A stretch of DNA of 58,026 nt, from positions 280,286 through 338,311 of IMG/VR virus record IMGVR_UViG_3300032167_000002, one strand, 5' to 3'. The position numbers were made by a program, and so were the translations under genes. Origin of the DNA: a virus. Its lineage: Duplodnaviria > Heunggongvirae > Uroviricota > Caudoviricetes. How positions within the stretch are numbered: the first letter of the stretch is position 1; each line of letters starts with the position of its first letter. Below, piece after piece: positions 13,189 through 24,788 of this stretch. The notes beneath the pieces were generated by a model, which had not been told where the DNA came from, did no database searches, and saw only the letters and a list, made by a program, of their open reading frames with translations.

Positions 13189-15741
13189 ATGGCAGTTGTA
13201 AAATTAAATCCGCCACTTATTGATGGCGTTATTGTAGCTCAAAAGGGAGATACATTACGCATTCCCTTTCAAATGAATCGCTCTGTTGCTAAAGGTGATG
13301 TGGTAAAAATGAGAGCGATTATTAAATCTGTATAGACTAATGTTCAAATTACTACTGCAACTTGTGAAGTGGATTAGTGGTATTATAAGAATAACCAATG
13401 GATTGCTTTATTTCCAATTAATCAATCTGATTTTTCAATTGGTTAGTATTATAAAGTGCAATTAGCATATGTCAATATGGATGGTGAAAATGATAATGAT
13501 GGTTTCTATTCTTCAGTAGGAACTTTTAAATATACTTCATAGCCCTCTTTAATTATAAAAGATTTAGAGGGTGGTATTAAAATTAATACAAATATTTATA
13601 ATTATACGGGAGTTTATGAGAATGCATTAGACCCATCAGAAAAAGTTTATTCTTATTGGTTTAATATATTTGAATTAGGAAAAGATACTCCTGTGTAGAC
13701 TAGTGGAGAATTATTGCATAATTCTTCTACTGATGAATTTACTGATAAATCATAGGATACCTGGACAACAAGATACGGATGTGATGGAGATTTTACTATT
13801 CAATACTGTGTCAAAACAATTAATGGATTAGTAGAAGAAAGCCAAAAATATCGTATCACTGATAATCAAGCAGTTGATACAGATATTTTAAAATATTATC
13901 AATTTGTTGCTAGAAATGATGCGGCCGGCGCATACGTGGAGCTTTCAATTGAGCCTCATAGCACGACAAAACCAGAAGACCGCAAATTTATTAATGGACA
14001 ATTTTTATTGCTTCGTGCTTCTAATGAAGATAACTATCAAAGTTGGTATTAGTTAACTGAATTTGTTTTGGCTAATTGGGATAGTTAGTCCCGTAGGTAT
14101 TTATGTCGAGATTACTGTGTATCTCAAGGAGTATCTTATAAATATGCACTACAAGCTTTTAATGCGGCAGGCATTTATTCTAAGCGTATTGAAACTGATA
14201 TATTAGACGTTGATTTTGAAGATATGTATTTAAGTGATGGTAAACGCCAATTGCGTATTCGCTACAATCCAAAAGTATCTTCTTTTAAAAATACTATTCT
14301 AGAATCTAAAATGGATACTATTGGCGGAAAGTATCCTTTCTTTTTCCGCAATGGCAATGTAAAATATAAAGAATTTCCAATTTCAGGTCTTATTAGTGTA
14401 TTAACGGATGAGAATAACGAATTTATTGAGGGGCTTCAAACTATAGAGCCTTATCGAGTAAATACTCCATTTATTAATTCAGAAGAGTATCGCGGTGATT
14501 TAACTAGTAGCCATACTGATTTGAGCGCAGATAATTTTCATAAGGAACGAGAATTTAAAATGGAAGTCTTAGAATGGTTAACTAATGGTAAACCTAAACT
14601 TTTCCGGTCTCCTGGCGAGGGCAGTTTTATTGTGCGTTTAATGAATACTTCAATGAGTCCTAATGATACTTTAAGTCGTATGCTTCATACTTTTACAAGC
14701 ACAGCTTATGAAATTGCAGATTGTACTTTTGAAAATTTACGTGCTTATGGTATGCTTATGGAAGAAAAATTAGAAACTCGTGATTTAGAGTTTATTCAAG
14801 TTACTTTAAGTGATATTCCAAGTTCATAGTTTGGTATTTGGAGAGGTAACGCTGTTATGGCTACGATTATCGGGTAGCCAAATATTCGTTTTTATTATCA
14901 ACTACAAAATGATAATATTAAAGAAGCTGATTTGGGTGTAACTGGTATTTATGAATTTGATAAATATTTGTTAGCTGAAAATCCGCTAGTATTTTTATAG
15001 GCTAGAGCTTAGTCTTCTGCCTCTTGGAGTAGCGCTGTATTAACTTATGCGCAATATACTGAAGCTACTATTGAGCCTTTCAGTATCATTGAAGATGTTA
15101 AAATTGAAGACAAAATTGATACATGGATTGGTTAGAATCGAGATGAGATTGAGGCTCATTTAGATAAAGGTATTTATAATTCAGTGTTTAATCTTGCTTC
15201 TCCATTAAGAGAAAGCATTGGTAATGTTTATTATCTTAAAGTTCAGGAACGACCTGTTATTACTGTATTATCAGTTACTGCTATTGAAGGTGGTAAATAT
15301 CGTTTTTGGGATGGTAGCAAAGAATATCATCCAACTATCGATGTTATTGTAAAATGTGATGATAAATATTATGATGGATGGACTAGAAAATTAATTGGTT
15401 CTTCATTAGATTTAGATTACACATTTGATATTACCAATAACAAGACTAAGGAGGATGGTAGTTTAATTTCTGGTCAATATAGTAGTATTAGAACTGCAGG
15501 TCGTATGATTTTAACCAATTTATCCGATATTAAATATATGTATTTAGGTAATGCTTTATTTGTAGATATTGTATATCAATTAAATACAAAATATTATACT
15601 TTTGAAACAGGTAAACTTTTATAGTGGAGACAAGATTGGGAAAAAGACCCTGAGAATTATAGTTTATTTGAAAAATATTATCGAGCTTTGATTTCGACAT
15701 ATGAAGCTACTATAGGAAGGGGGAGCATAAATGCTATATGA
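13189..15741 (+). CDS. Putative baseplate/distal tail protein (850 aa, code 15)
   Basis: AAAGGAG RBS before ATG 13189. About 14 in-frame TAG join fragments 14224 and 15184. Ends at TGA 15739-15741, overlapping the next start. Confidence 0.75.
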
Positions 15742-18178
15742 TAAAGATTTTTTATTAAAATTAGATAAATCAAAAAATAAAATTATTTATGCTCGTATTA
15801 CTGCTCTTACTTTTCAAGAGCTACCCATTGAAACTATTGAAGGACGTGTTACGCAGGGGTCTATTAATATTGATGGATCCTCTGCGGTCCGTCGTACCTG
15901 TTCTCTAACTATTGTGGCACAAGATTTTAAATATAATGATTTTTATTGGGGTTTAAATACTAAATTTAAGTTAGAAGTTGGTGTTGAAAATACTATTGAT
16001 ACTAAGTATCCTAAAATTATCTGGTTTAATCAAGGTATTTTTTTAATTACCGTTTTTAATACTTCTCGTAGTACGAATAATTTTTCTATAACCATTCAAG
16101 GCAAAGATAAAATGGCTTTATTAAATGGTGAAATTGGAGGTACATTAGAATCTTCAATTGATTTTGGCTGTATTGAGGAAGAAAATGCTGAAGGTGTATG
16201 GACTCTTAGAAAGATTCCTATCCAAGATATTATTCGTAATGCAGTTCATGTATATGGTGGAGAACCATTACATAATATCATTATTAATGATTTAGATACA
16301 TACGGTTTAGAATTGCTAGAATATAGATATGATATTCCAATGTATTTGTATAGAAGTATTCATGATTAGTCTTATCGTAATGCTACCCTTGATGGAAAAA
16401 AAATCTGTAGGGTCCAAAAAACCGGAGAGACGAAGACTCTCGATCGTTTGCGGCCAGAGGAATTAGAAATGTTAGTTGATCCATTTACAGGAACTTTAAC
16501 TAATGTAATTATTGAAATGGACGGTCAAGAGTGGTATGTAGCAAAAGTTGAGTATGGTTAGACTGCGGGCTATAGAGAAACTGATTTAGTATATGCAGGA
16601 GACTTAATTGCGAATGTAGGTGAAAGTTTAACTAGCGTATTAGATAAAATTAAAAATATGTTAGTTGAATTTGAATATTTTTATGATATAGATGGAAGAT
16701 TTATTTTTTAGAAAAAATAGTCCTTTATTTCTACAATGTGGTCACCTGCGGCCACAACTTCAAATGCACCTATGAGCCAGGCTCTAGCGCTCGCTTCAAC
16801 ACATTCATATATGTTTAGTGGTAGTGAGTTAATTACAGCATTTAATAATAATCCCAATTTATTAAATCTTAAAAATGATTATTCAATTTGGGGTGAACGT
16901 GAAAGTGTGAGTGGAGCAAAAATTCCAGTACATATTCGTTATGCTATTGATCGCAAACCAAAACAATATACAAAAATTTTTGTAGAAGATAATAATAAAG
17001 AGTTACAAACTTATAATAATAATTATAAAGTAAATGTAAAAGGATAGGAATCTTCTACAATTACAGCAGATGAATCAGATTGGCGTGAAGTAATTTATCA
17101 AATGGCACTTGATTATTATAAATATAATTTTTTAAGCGACTTTGAATTGCGAGTAGCCAAAGCGAATGGAGATTTATATCCGACTGGCCGCACAGGATAT
17201 GAAATTTATTATATTGACTTACAAGGCTTTTGGAGATAGCTATATTATCCAGAATTGGATGAACAATATCAAGAGGCTTTAAACACATAGACTAATTTAC
17301 AACAATAGGTAGACACTTTGACTGTGATTGTTTTTGGAGAAGAAAATCCAAATACCGATAATCGTATCGGAGGACTAGAAAACTATTTAGCTGCAATTAA
17401 TAACGAATTATCTGATGATGATCAAACAGAAGCCAATTAGATATTAATTCAATTTAAAAATTAGTATCCACAGTATGCTTCTTTGTTTATTAATGTTTCT
17501 GATCCTTATATCGCAATGGGAATTTTAAACGATTTATATTTTAGAGAAAAAGATCGTTTAGAAAATCTAAATTATGAATTAGATAAAATTACTATAAAAG
17601 TAGAGCAACTAATTGAGGACAGAAATGAAAATTATTATTAGAGCGGAGATCATAGATATTGGAACAAGGCCGTATATAAAAAACCTGAAACTTTAAACTT
17701 TTGGTTTGATTTTTTAGATGGTTCACATGAAGATAAAAAGAAATCTAGTGAATTATCTAAATACGATGTAAAGAACATTGGCGCACGGCCAAAAGCAATC
17801 AATGACTCTAATGTAAAGTCCATTTACTTTAGAGAAACTCCTAATGTTATTTATGCGGCTCCCGGTGAGACGGGCGCTTTACCTGGTTTTCGCTATATTC
17901 AATGCGCTGAGATTGATGGTATGTTTTCAATTAGCGCGCAAGGTAAATCCGCAAAAGAGCGATTAGATGAGTTATTATATCAGCACAGTTATTGTATTGA
18001 AAGTGCTACAATTACAGCTATTCCAATTTATTATCTTCAACCAAATACTCGTATTTATTTACATGATGATGATACAGGATTGGATGGAGATTATATTGTA
18101 AGTAAAATTACTTTACCATTATCTTATAATGGTACAATGTCTATTACTGCGACAAAGGCCGCAGAGAATATTATATAA
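15731..18178 (+). CDS. Baseplate hub / Tal-like tail protein (815 aa, code 15)
   Basis: Fragments 15731, 16736 and 17921 joined by about 11 TAG. N-terminal GRVTQGSINIDGSSAVRRTCSLT and C-terminal IPIYYLQPNTRI..DGDYIVSKITLPL..GTMSITATK resemble gp27-like hub termini. Confidence 0.75.
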
Positions 18179-18191
18179 GGAGGGATGAGAT

Positions 18192-18542
18192 ATGAAACGA
18201 ATGATGTAGTTCCGCTATCATGGTCCTGGAAATGAAAATAATTATCCATCTGGCTCATTGGCTGAACGAGATTGGGCAAATAATTTATTTTATAACTATG
18301 GAGCAGTATCTCATCTTGGTATATAGGGCGAACCGGGGGTTGTTTTCTATTTAAATGGAGGAAACAACCCTATTACTATTGGTAATACAGGTATTTATGA
18401 ACTTGATTTAGAAGGTGTTGGTCGTATTACCGGTTTGAGATTTGATGATAAGGTATTAACTAAAACTTATAATAATAGTGAAAGCATTAATCATAGACTC
18501 ATCGTGGATATAGTGTATGATGGACCGGAGGTATATGTATGA
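18192..18542 (+). CDS. Hypothetical tail-module protein (116 aa, code 15), absent from the ORF track
   Basis: MKRMMQFRYHGPG...LGIQGEPG..FYLNG..ITIGNTGIYELDL. TAG at codons 6 and 45. TGA overlaps the next ATG (ATGA). Confidence 0.8.
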
Positions 18543-19354
18543 GTTTTTATGGTTCTATATATTATCAAGTTGCGCAATCTTTTGCAAAAATTTTATTTAA
18601 AAATTCCGGTTGGGATTCAAAACAATTTTTAACTAATAAGCCATCTAATGGCTCTCTCGAGGCCGATAGCCGCACAGGTGTCTTTGGTATTGATAGTGGT
18701 AACCGATGGATTCAAATTTAGCCTGATAATGAAGGTTGTAAAATTTGGCATAGTTTACCAAATACTATAACCCCAACTATTATTTAGGGGATTGAAAAAA
18801 GTGAATCTCCTCCAGCGCCATCTTCAGTTACTGAATTGGCTTCTGGAGATTATTTTAAAGTTCCTATTATTCAATATGATGAAGCGGGACATATTTTACC
18901 CGCTTCTAATGAAGCAGTTTATTATCGCATGCCCGTTATTGATATTATTAGTGATATTGATAATTTGGAAACTGCTGTAGATGAGCTTGAAGAAGTTACT
19001 AGTACAATGAATAAAGAAATTAAAGACAATGCTCAAAGTATTAATAAATTAAATGATTAGGTTAATACTTTAGATGATACCATTGGGGATTTTAGTTTAG
19101 TAACTGATGATAGTGATGAATCAATTAGTGAAATTATTGGCAATGTAGATTCATTTCGAATCCTTTTAGAAGATGAAGATATTACATTAACATAGTCAAT
19201 TTTAAATCTAAAAGATTATACTGAAGCTCAAATTGGTACGTTGTCTGCTAGTATTTAGGGCTTAGTTCAAACCACTGGTTTATTATCTGAAAATATTAAA
19301 TCCTTACAAGAGCAAGTAAAAACTCTTGAAGAAAAAGTTAATTCTTTAGTATAA
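18539..19354 (+). CDS. Hypothetical protein with C-terminal coiled coil (271 aa, code 15)
   Basis: Fragments 18539 and 18836 in one frame, 5 TAG, TAA at 19352-19354. Confidence 0.78.
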
Positions 19355-19414
19355 TTTCTTTCTTTTTGAGGGAAGTTTATATATAATAATTTTGAAAAGA
19401 AGGGAGAGATTATT

Positions 19415-20875
19415 TTGGCTAATTATGTAAAATTTAGACGAGGTACAACTGAAGCTTTTAAAGCATTACCAAAAGATCAGCTTGAATTAGATACTTTGTA
19501 TTTTATTTATGATAATGATGCTTCAACAGCTGATTTGTATTTAGGTTCTAAGTTAATTTCAAGCGGTGCCAATGATGAATCTATTGGTGCTACTTCATTA
19601 GCTAAATTAAGCGACGTTGTTATCAATGCAGGTCTTGCTAATAAAGATCTATTGATTTATGATCCTTCCGCAGGCACTAATGGCGCTTGGGTAAATAAGC
19701 CTTTAGCAGAAGCCATTAGCGTTATGATTGGAGCTAATTCAACTTCTGATGGACAAGCTGGTCTTGTTCCAGCCCCCGCCGCCGGAGATGTAAATCGCTA
19801 TTTACGTAGTGATGGTAAATGGGTGGCCATTACAGCTCAAGTGTTTGAGTTAGAGAATGTTGATAATGTTGATCATATTGAATTAATTGGTAGCAACACT
19901 ACTGGAAAGACTTTGGCAATTGGCGACATAGCAATCGTTAAAGATATTATTGTCGAAGGTAATTATCAACATACTGCCTACGTTTATGACGGTTTAGAAT
20001 GGGCGGCGATGGATGGTAATTATAATGCTGAAAATGTCTACTTTGATGAAGATTTTATTTTCACTAAAGCATTAGGCACTGTAACCATTCCTTCTTCTGG
20101 TAGTACCACTGTAAAAGCAGCAGGCAAAAATTTGAAAGAATTTTTTGCAGGCTTATTCGCAGCTGAGCAGAATCCATCCGCTACTAAACCTAGTGCATCT
20201 ATTGCTTTGTAGAGTGCTGCTAGTGTTGAGGCTGGAACTTCCTATGAGCCAAGTTATGCTATTACTTTTAGTAAAGGCAAATATACTTATGGCCCTGACA
20301 CAGGTATTACTGCAACATATGCTGTAACCGACACCAATGGTGGATCTAATGATGTGGCATCTGGTAAATTATCTACTTTTATTGTAGATGATACTACTGA
20401 GTATAAAATCAGTGCTACTGTTAGCTATACTGAGGGTGCTGTTCCTGTTTCCAATTTAGGAAATCCAGTAGAAAGTAAAAAGATTGCGGCCGGCACTATT
20501 GATTTAGTTACTGATGCAGTAAAAGGTTATCGCAATGCTTTCTATGGAACTTTGACTGAAAAGAATACTTTAACTTCTGATATTATCAGAGGTTTAAATA
20601 AAACTAATGCCGATGTAACTGCAGGTTCAGTTATGACTGTTAATATTCCAGTAGGAACAATGAGAGTTGTTATTGCTTATGAAGCAACTATTCAAGATTT
20701 AACAAGTGTTTTGGATAAGAACGACTCTAACGCGAATATTGTATCTGGTTTTGGCGAACCTCAAATTATTGCAGTTGAAGGCGCAGATCATCACAGCGCT
20801 ATTGATTATAAGGTTTATGTAATGGATTTTGCAAATCCTTACGATGCAGCAAATGTATTTACTGCTACTATTTAA
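19415..20875 (+). CDS. Putative tail fibre/adhesin (486 aa, TTG start, one TAG)
   Basis: GGGAG RBS. Fragments 19415 and 20354 joined by TAG 20210-20212. N-terminal VKFRRG..TLYF module, SLAKLSDVVI and GQAGLVPAPAAGD..YLRSDGKW fibre motifs. Confidence 0.75.
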
Positions 20876-20892
20876 TAAGGAGGTAAAGATTT

Positions 20893-22251
20893 ATGGCTAT
20901 GAACTTTGGTAAGGGCAATCGCTCTGTAGCTTTTAATCCTACTTCCGCTTTCCCTCTTGATGCACGAAGCTATTTTGAAAGTTATGATGCTGCGCTTAGT
21001 GCTGCAGCATTGGCAAAAGAGGTTGGAAGCTCTGAGTCTGTTTATTATTATGGTCAGACTTTAGTAGTAGTTGAAGATAATAAAGCTACTTTATATGTAA
21101 TTCAGCCCGATAATAGTTTAGCTCCTATTGCGGGGGAGTCTGTAGAAGAGTTCGTTTTAGTTATTGATGATAAAGCTTTTGTAGTTGATTCTGAAACTGG
21201 CGAACTAAGTTTAAAGGGATTAGAAGGAGCGGCCGCAGGTACGGTATTAACTGTTGCATCTGATGGCTCAATCTCTTGGAAAGCTCCTGTTGATGCTTAT
21301 ACTAAGGCTGAAACCGACGCGAAGATTGCGGCAGCTGCTCATTTAAAGAGAAAGATTGTTGGTAGTGTAGCAGATATTGAACAGTATATGGCTGAAAATG
21401 CTGATGCTGAACAATATATTTTTATGGTACCTGCCGATGAAATTTTTGATACTGATAAGTATGATGAGTATATGGTTGTCACCATTGCTGGTACTCAAGT
21501 GGTTGAAAAAGTTGGTTCTTGGGAAGTCGATTTAACTGATTATGCTAAGAAGAGTGACTTAAACAAAAAGGTTGATAAAGCGGATGGTGAACGTTTAATT
21601 ACAGCTGCTGAAGCTGAAAAATTAGAAGCTGTTAATGTAAATGCAGAAAAAAATATTATCAATTCTGTATCTAATGATTTTGAAGTTGTTAGTGAAGAAG
21701 GTATTGATAGACAATTAACTTTAAAACCTTTTACTATCAATAAAGTTACTGGGTTACAAGATACTTTAAATAGTAAGGTTGATAAGATCGAAGGTTGGAC
21801 TTTATTAAGTCCTACTGATTAGGGAAAATTAGCAAAGCTAGTTATTGATGAAGAGACTGGTAATGTTGGTATTTCTGGTACAGTTAATGTTGAGAATGTT
21901 CAAGGCTTGGAGGATTGGTTAAATAAAAATGCTGCTACCACCCCTGGACTTTCTGAAAACAATTTAACTGATGAAATGTATAATAAGCTATTAGATGCTT
22001 TGTTTATTAAAACCGTTGACACTAATCAATTAAATGTTGAAGATGGTCATTTGTCTATTAAGGCAATTGATTATTCAAAAGTTACTGGTCTTGATGAGGT
22101 TTTAGCACTTAAAGCTGATGCTTCTACTGTCACTGCGGTGAGCAGTAAAGTAAGTGCTTTAGAAACTTCTATTAATGATCACGTATCCGCTGCTAATAAT
22201 AGATTTACAGCAATTGAAGATCGTTTAACTTGGCACGGATTAACTAATTAA
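20893..22251 (+). CDS. Putative tail fibre protein (452 aa, one TAG)
   Basis: AGGAGG RBS. Fragments 20893 and 21907 joined by TAG 21820-21822. PLDARSYF and DKYDEYM..EKVGSWEVDLTDYAKK segments are typical of gut-phage fibres. Confidence 0.72.
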
Positions 22252-22271
22252 TTTAAAAGGAGAGTAATATA

Positions 22272-24638
22272 ATGGCTAATTTGAATTTTAAATGGGGTTC
22301 TCATGAAAATCTAGTCAAAATGACTACTTCTGAAGTTGGTGCAATTTATTTCACTAAAGATGAGGGCTCTTTATATTTAGGCGTAGACGCAGAAAAAGCT
22401 CCTAAGAGAATTCAAGGTGTTGTTCAGTTCTATGAAAGTACTACTGCTTTTGCTGAAGCAACTAAGCCACCTTATTCTACTGATGTAATTTATTACATTG
22501 CGGATCAGGGTGCTTTAATCCGTTGGGATGATTCTACAGATAAGTTCTTGGTTATTAACGTTACTGCAGCAGAATTTACTGCTAAATCTGCTGAATTGTC
22601 TGGCAACATTACTGCTAATGCTAATGCTATTAGTGGTTTGCGCGGCGAAGTTGGTACCAAGGAAACTGACGAAAAAGCTGCTTTTGTATGGTTGAGAGAT
22701 TTGCAAGATGCTGTCGATGCATTAAATGAATTAACAGGTCTAGGAAGTGGCGAAGGCGCCTCTTTGACTGAGCAGTTAAATACTTTAGTTGGCCGCTTAG
22801 ATGATGAAGGTGGTTTGGTTGACCGTATTGAAGCTTTAGAGTCTTGGAAAACTGATGCTGCTACTGATATCTTAGATCATGAGGGTCGTGTTACTACATT
22901 AGAAACCAACATGGGCACTCGTGCTGAAGGTGAGGCTGCTGTTTATCCTTGGTTAAATAGCTTACAGGATAGTGTAGACGACCATGAGACTCGTTTGGAC
23001 GCTATTGATGGTGAAAACGGTAGCATCGCTACTGCTAATAGTCGCATTGATGGCTTGGCTTCTAGAACTACTGCAGTAGAAAATAAAGCAAACACTAATG
23101 CTGAGGATATTGTTAAGTTAAAGGCTGCTGATACCACTACTAATGCAGCTATTGAGGCTTTGCAGGGAGAAGATGGCTTGGCTGGCGTAAAGAGTCGTTT
23201 GACTCCTTTGGAAACTGCCAAGACTGATCATGAAACTAGAATTCAAAAGTTAGAGAATGCTGATACCGAGATTAAAGCTGATGTAAAAGCAATTAATGAT
23301 GAATTACCAACTATTAGACAAGATATTTTAAATGCTGCCAATTCTGCAGCTGCTGCTAATGGTGCGATTGGTGATGCCAATACCGCAGGTACAGTAAAAT
23401 ATGATATTGCTCAATTACAAGCAAAAGACACTTTAGTTGATGCTGATATCGAAGCTTTAGAAGGCCGAGTACAAGCTAATGAAAATGCTATTGGTAATGA
23501 TGAAAAAGCTGATAGTATTAAGGGCCGTTTGAAGGCTACTGAGACTGTTGCAAATCAAGCTAAGGCTGATATTGTTACTATTAATAACACTTTAAGCGGC
23601 AAGGCTGATCAAAGTACTGTTAATGGTTTGAGTACTAAGGTTGGTAATTTAGAAACTGCCGTTGGTGCTCCAAAGTCTGGAAGCACTGCTGCTTCTGGTT
23701 TATATGCAGAGACTGCTAACAATGCTGCTGCTATTGATTTAATTAATCAAAATATTGGCACTAAGGGCACTGCTGGTTCTACTGTTTATGGTGCTATTAA
23801 AGAAGTCGATGAAAAGACTCTTGCAAATGCTAATGAGATTAGCGCAGTAAGTGGTGTTGCTGATGGTGCTGCTGCTAAAGCCGCTGCCAATGAGGGCGCA
23901 ATCAATGATATCAATGATGAAATTGATGCTTTGAAGAAAGTGGATTCTGATCAGGCTACTACTAATGCTAATGTAGAATCTCGTTTAAGTACTGCTGAGG
24001 GTACTATTAAGACTCATGGTACTGATATTCTTGCTTTGCAGAATGCTGCTTCTACTTATGCTAAGCAGGCTGATCTTGATAAAGAAATTGAAGATCGCGA
24101 AGCTGCTGATACTCAATTAAGAACTGATTTAAATGCTGAAATTGAAAGAAAAATTAATGCAGCTAATTCTTTAACTTATATTGATGGTATTTCTACTGCT
24201 GATGAGTGGGATGCTGTAAAAGTAAAAGATGCTCATATTGGTGACACTTATGTTGTTGCTGAATCTAATTTAGCTTTAAATCTGGATTTGGACAATAATT
24301 CTAGTACTGCTGCAGTAAAGTGCTATGCTGGTGATTTGTTAATTGCCACTGCTAAAGAAGACGCTGTTGAAACTGAGGGTGTTTTGGCCGCTGCTGATAT
24401 TGAGTGGGTCCATGTTCAGTCTGGTTATAAGGCAGAATTGCAGGGTAAGTTGAGTGTAGCTGATGTTGCTGGTACAGCTTCTGCCAATATTAACTTAACT
24501 TCTTTGAATGGTAATGGTACTGCAGGTGACTTAGGTCAGATTACTGTGACTTCTGCTTCTTCTAATTTGACTATTGAGGCTTCTGGCAACACTATGACCA
24601 TTAATATGGTTTGGGATAGTTTTGATCCAGCTACTTAA
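22272..24638 (+). CDS. Long coiled-coil tail fibre/whisker protein (788 aa, no TAG)
   Basis: AAGGAG RBS and uninterrupted ORF. Heptad-rich core (RVTTLETN, RLTPLETA, KVGNLETAVG). N-terminal FKWG..GAIYF..LYL module. Confidence 0.82.
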   Translation: MANLNFKWGSHENLVKMTTSEVGAIYFTKDEGSLYLGVDAEKAPKRIQGVVQFYESTTAFAEATKPPYSTDVIYYIADQGALIRWDDSTDKFLVINVTAAEFTAKSAELSGNITANANAISGLRGEVGTKETDEKAAFVWLRDLQDAVDALNELTGLGSGEGASLTEQLNTLVGRLDDEGGLVDRIEALESWKTDAATDILDHEGRVTTLETNMGTRAEGEAAVYPWLNSLQDSVDDHETRLDAIDGENGSIATANSRIDGLASRTTAVENKANTNAEDIVKLKAADTTTNAAIEALQGEDGLAGVKSRLTPLETAKTDHETRIQKLENADTEIKADVKAINDELPTIRQDILNAANSAAAANGAIGDANTAGTVKYDIAQLQAKDTLVDADIEALEGRVQANENAIGNDEKADSIKGRLKATETVANQAKADIVTINNTLSGKADQSTVNGLSTKVGNLETAVGAPKSGSTAASGLYAETANNAAAIDLINQNIGTKGTAGSTVYGAIKEVDEKTLANANEISAVSGVADGAAAKAAANEGAINDINDEIDALKKVDSDQATTNANVESRLSTAEGTIKTHGTDILALQNAASTYAKQADLDKEIEDREAADTQLRTDLNAEIERKINAANSLTYIDGISTADEWDAVKVKDAHIGDTYVVAESNLALNLDLDNNSSTAAVKCYAGDLLIATAKEDAVETEGVLAAADIEWVHVQSGYKAELQGKLSVADVAGTASANINLTSLNGNGTAGDLGQITVTSASSNLTIEASGNTMTINMVWDSFDPAT

Positions 24639-24707
24639 TTGGACAAAAAATAATCATTAATTTATAAAAAAATTGAAATCTCTATGAGAGATAAAATATA
24701 AAGGCTT

Positions 24708-24743
24708 AAGGGGCGAAAGAGTTATCTCTTTCGTCCCTTTTTT
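24708..24743 (+). terminator. Intrinsic terminator
   Basis: AAGGGGCGAAAGAG-TTAT-CTCTTTCGTCCCTT stem (one G-U) followed by a T tract. Confidence 0.85.
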
Positions 24744-24788
24744 CTTTTATACAAAAAAAATTATTTGAGAGAAAGGAGAACACTTCAT

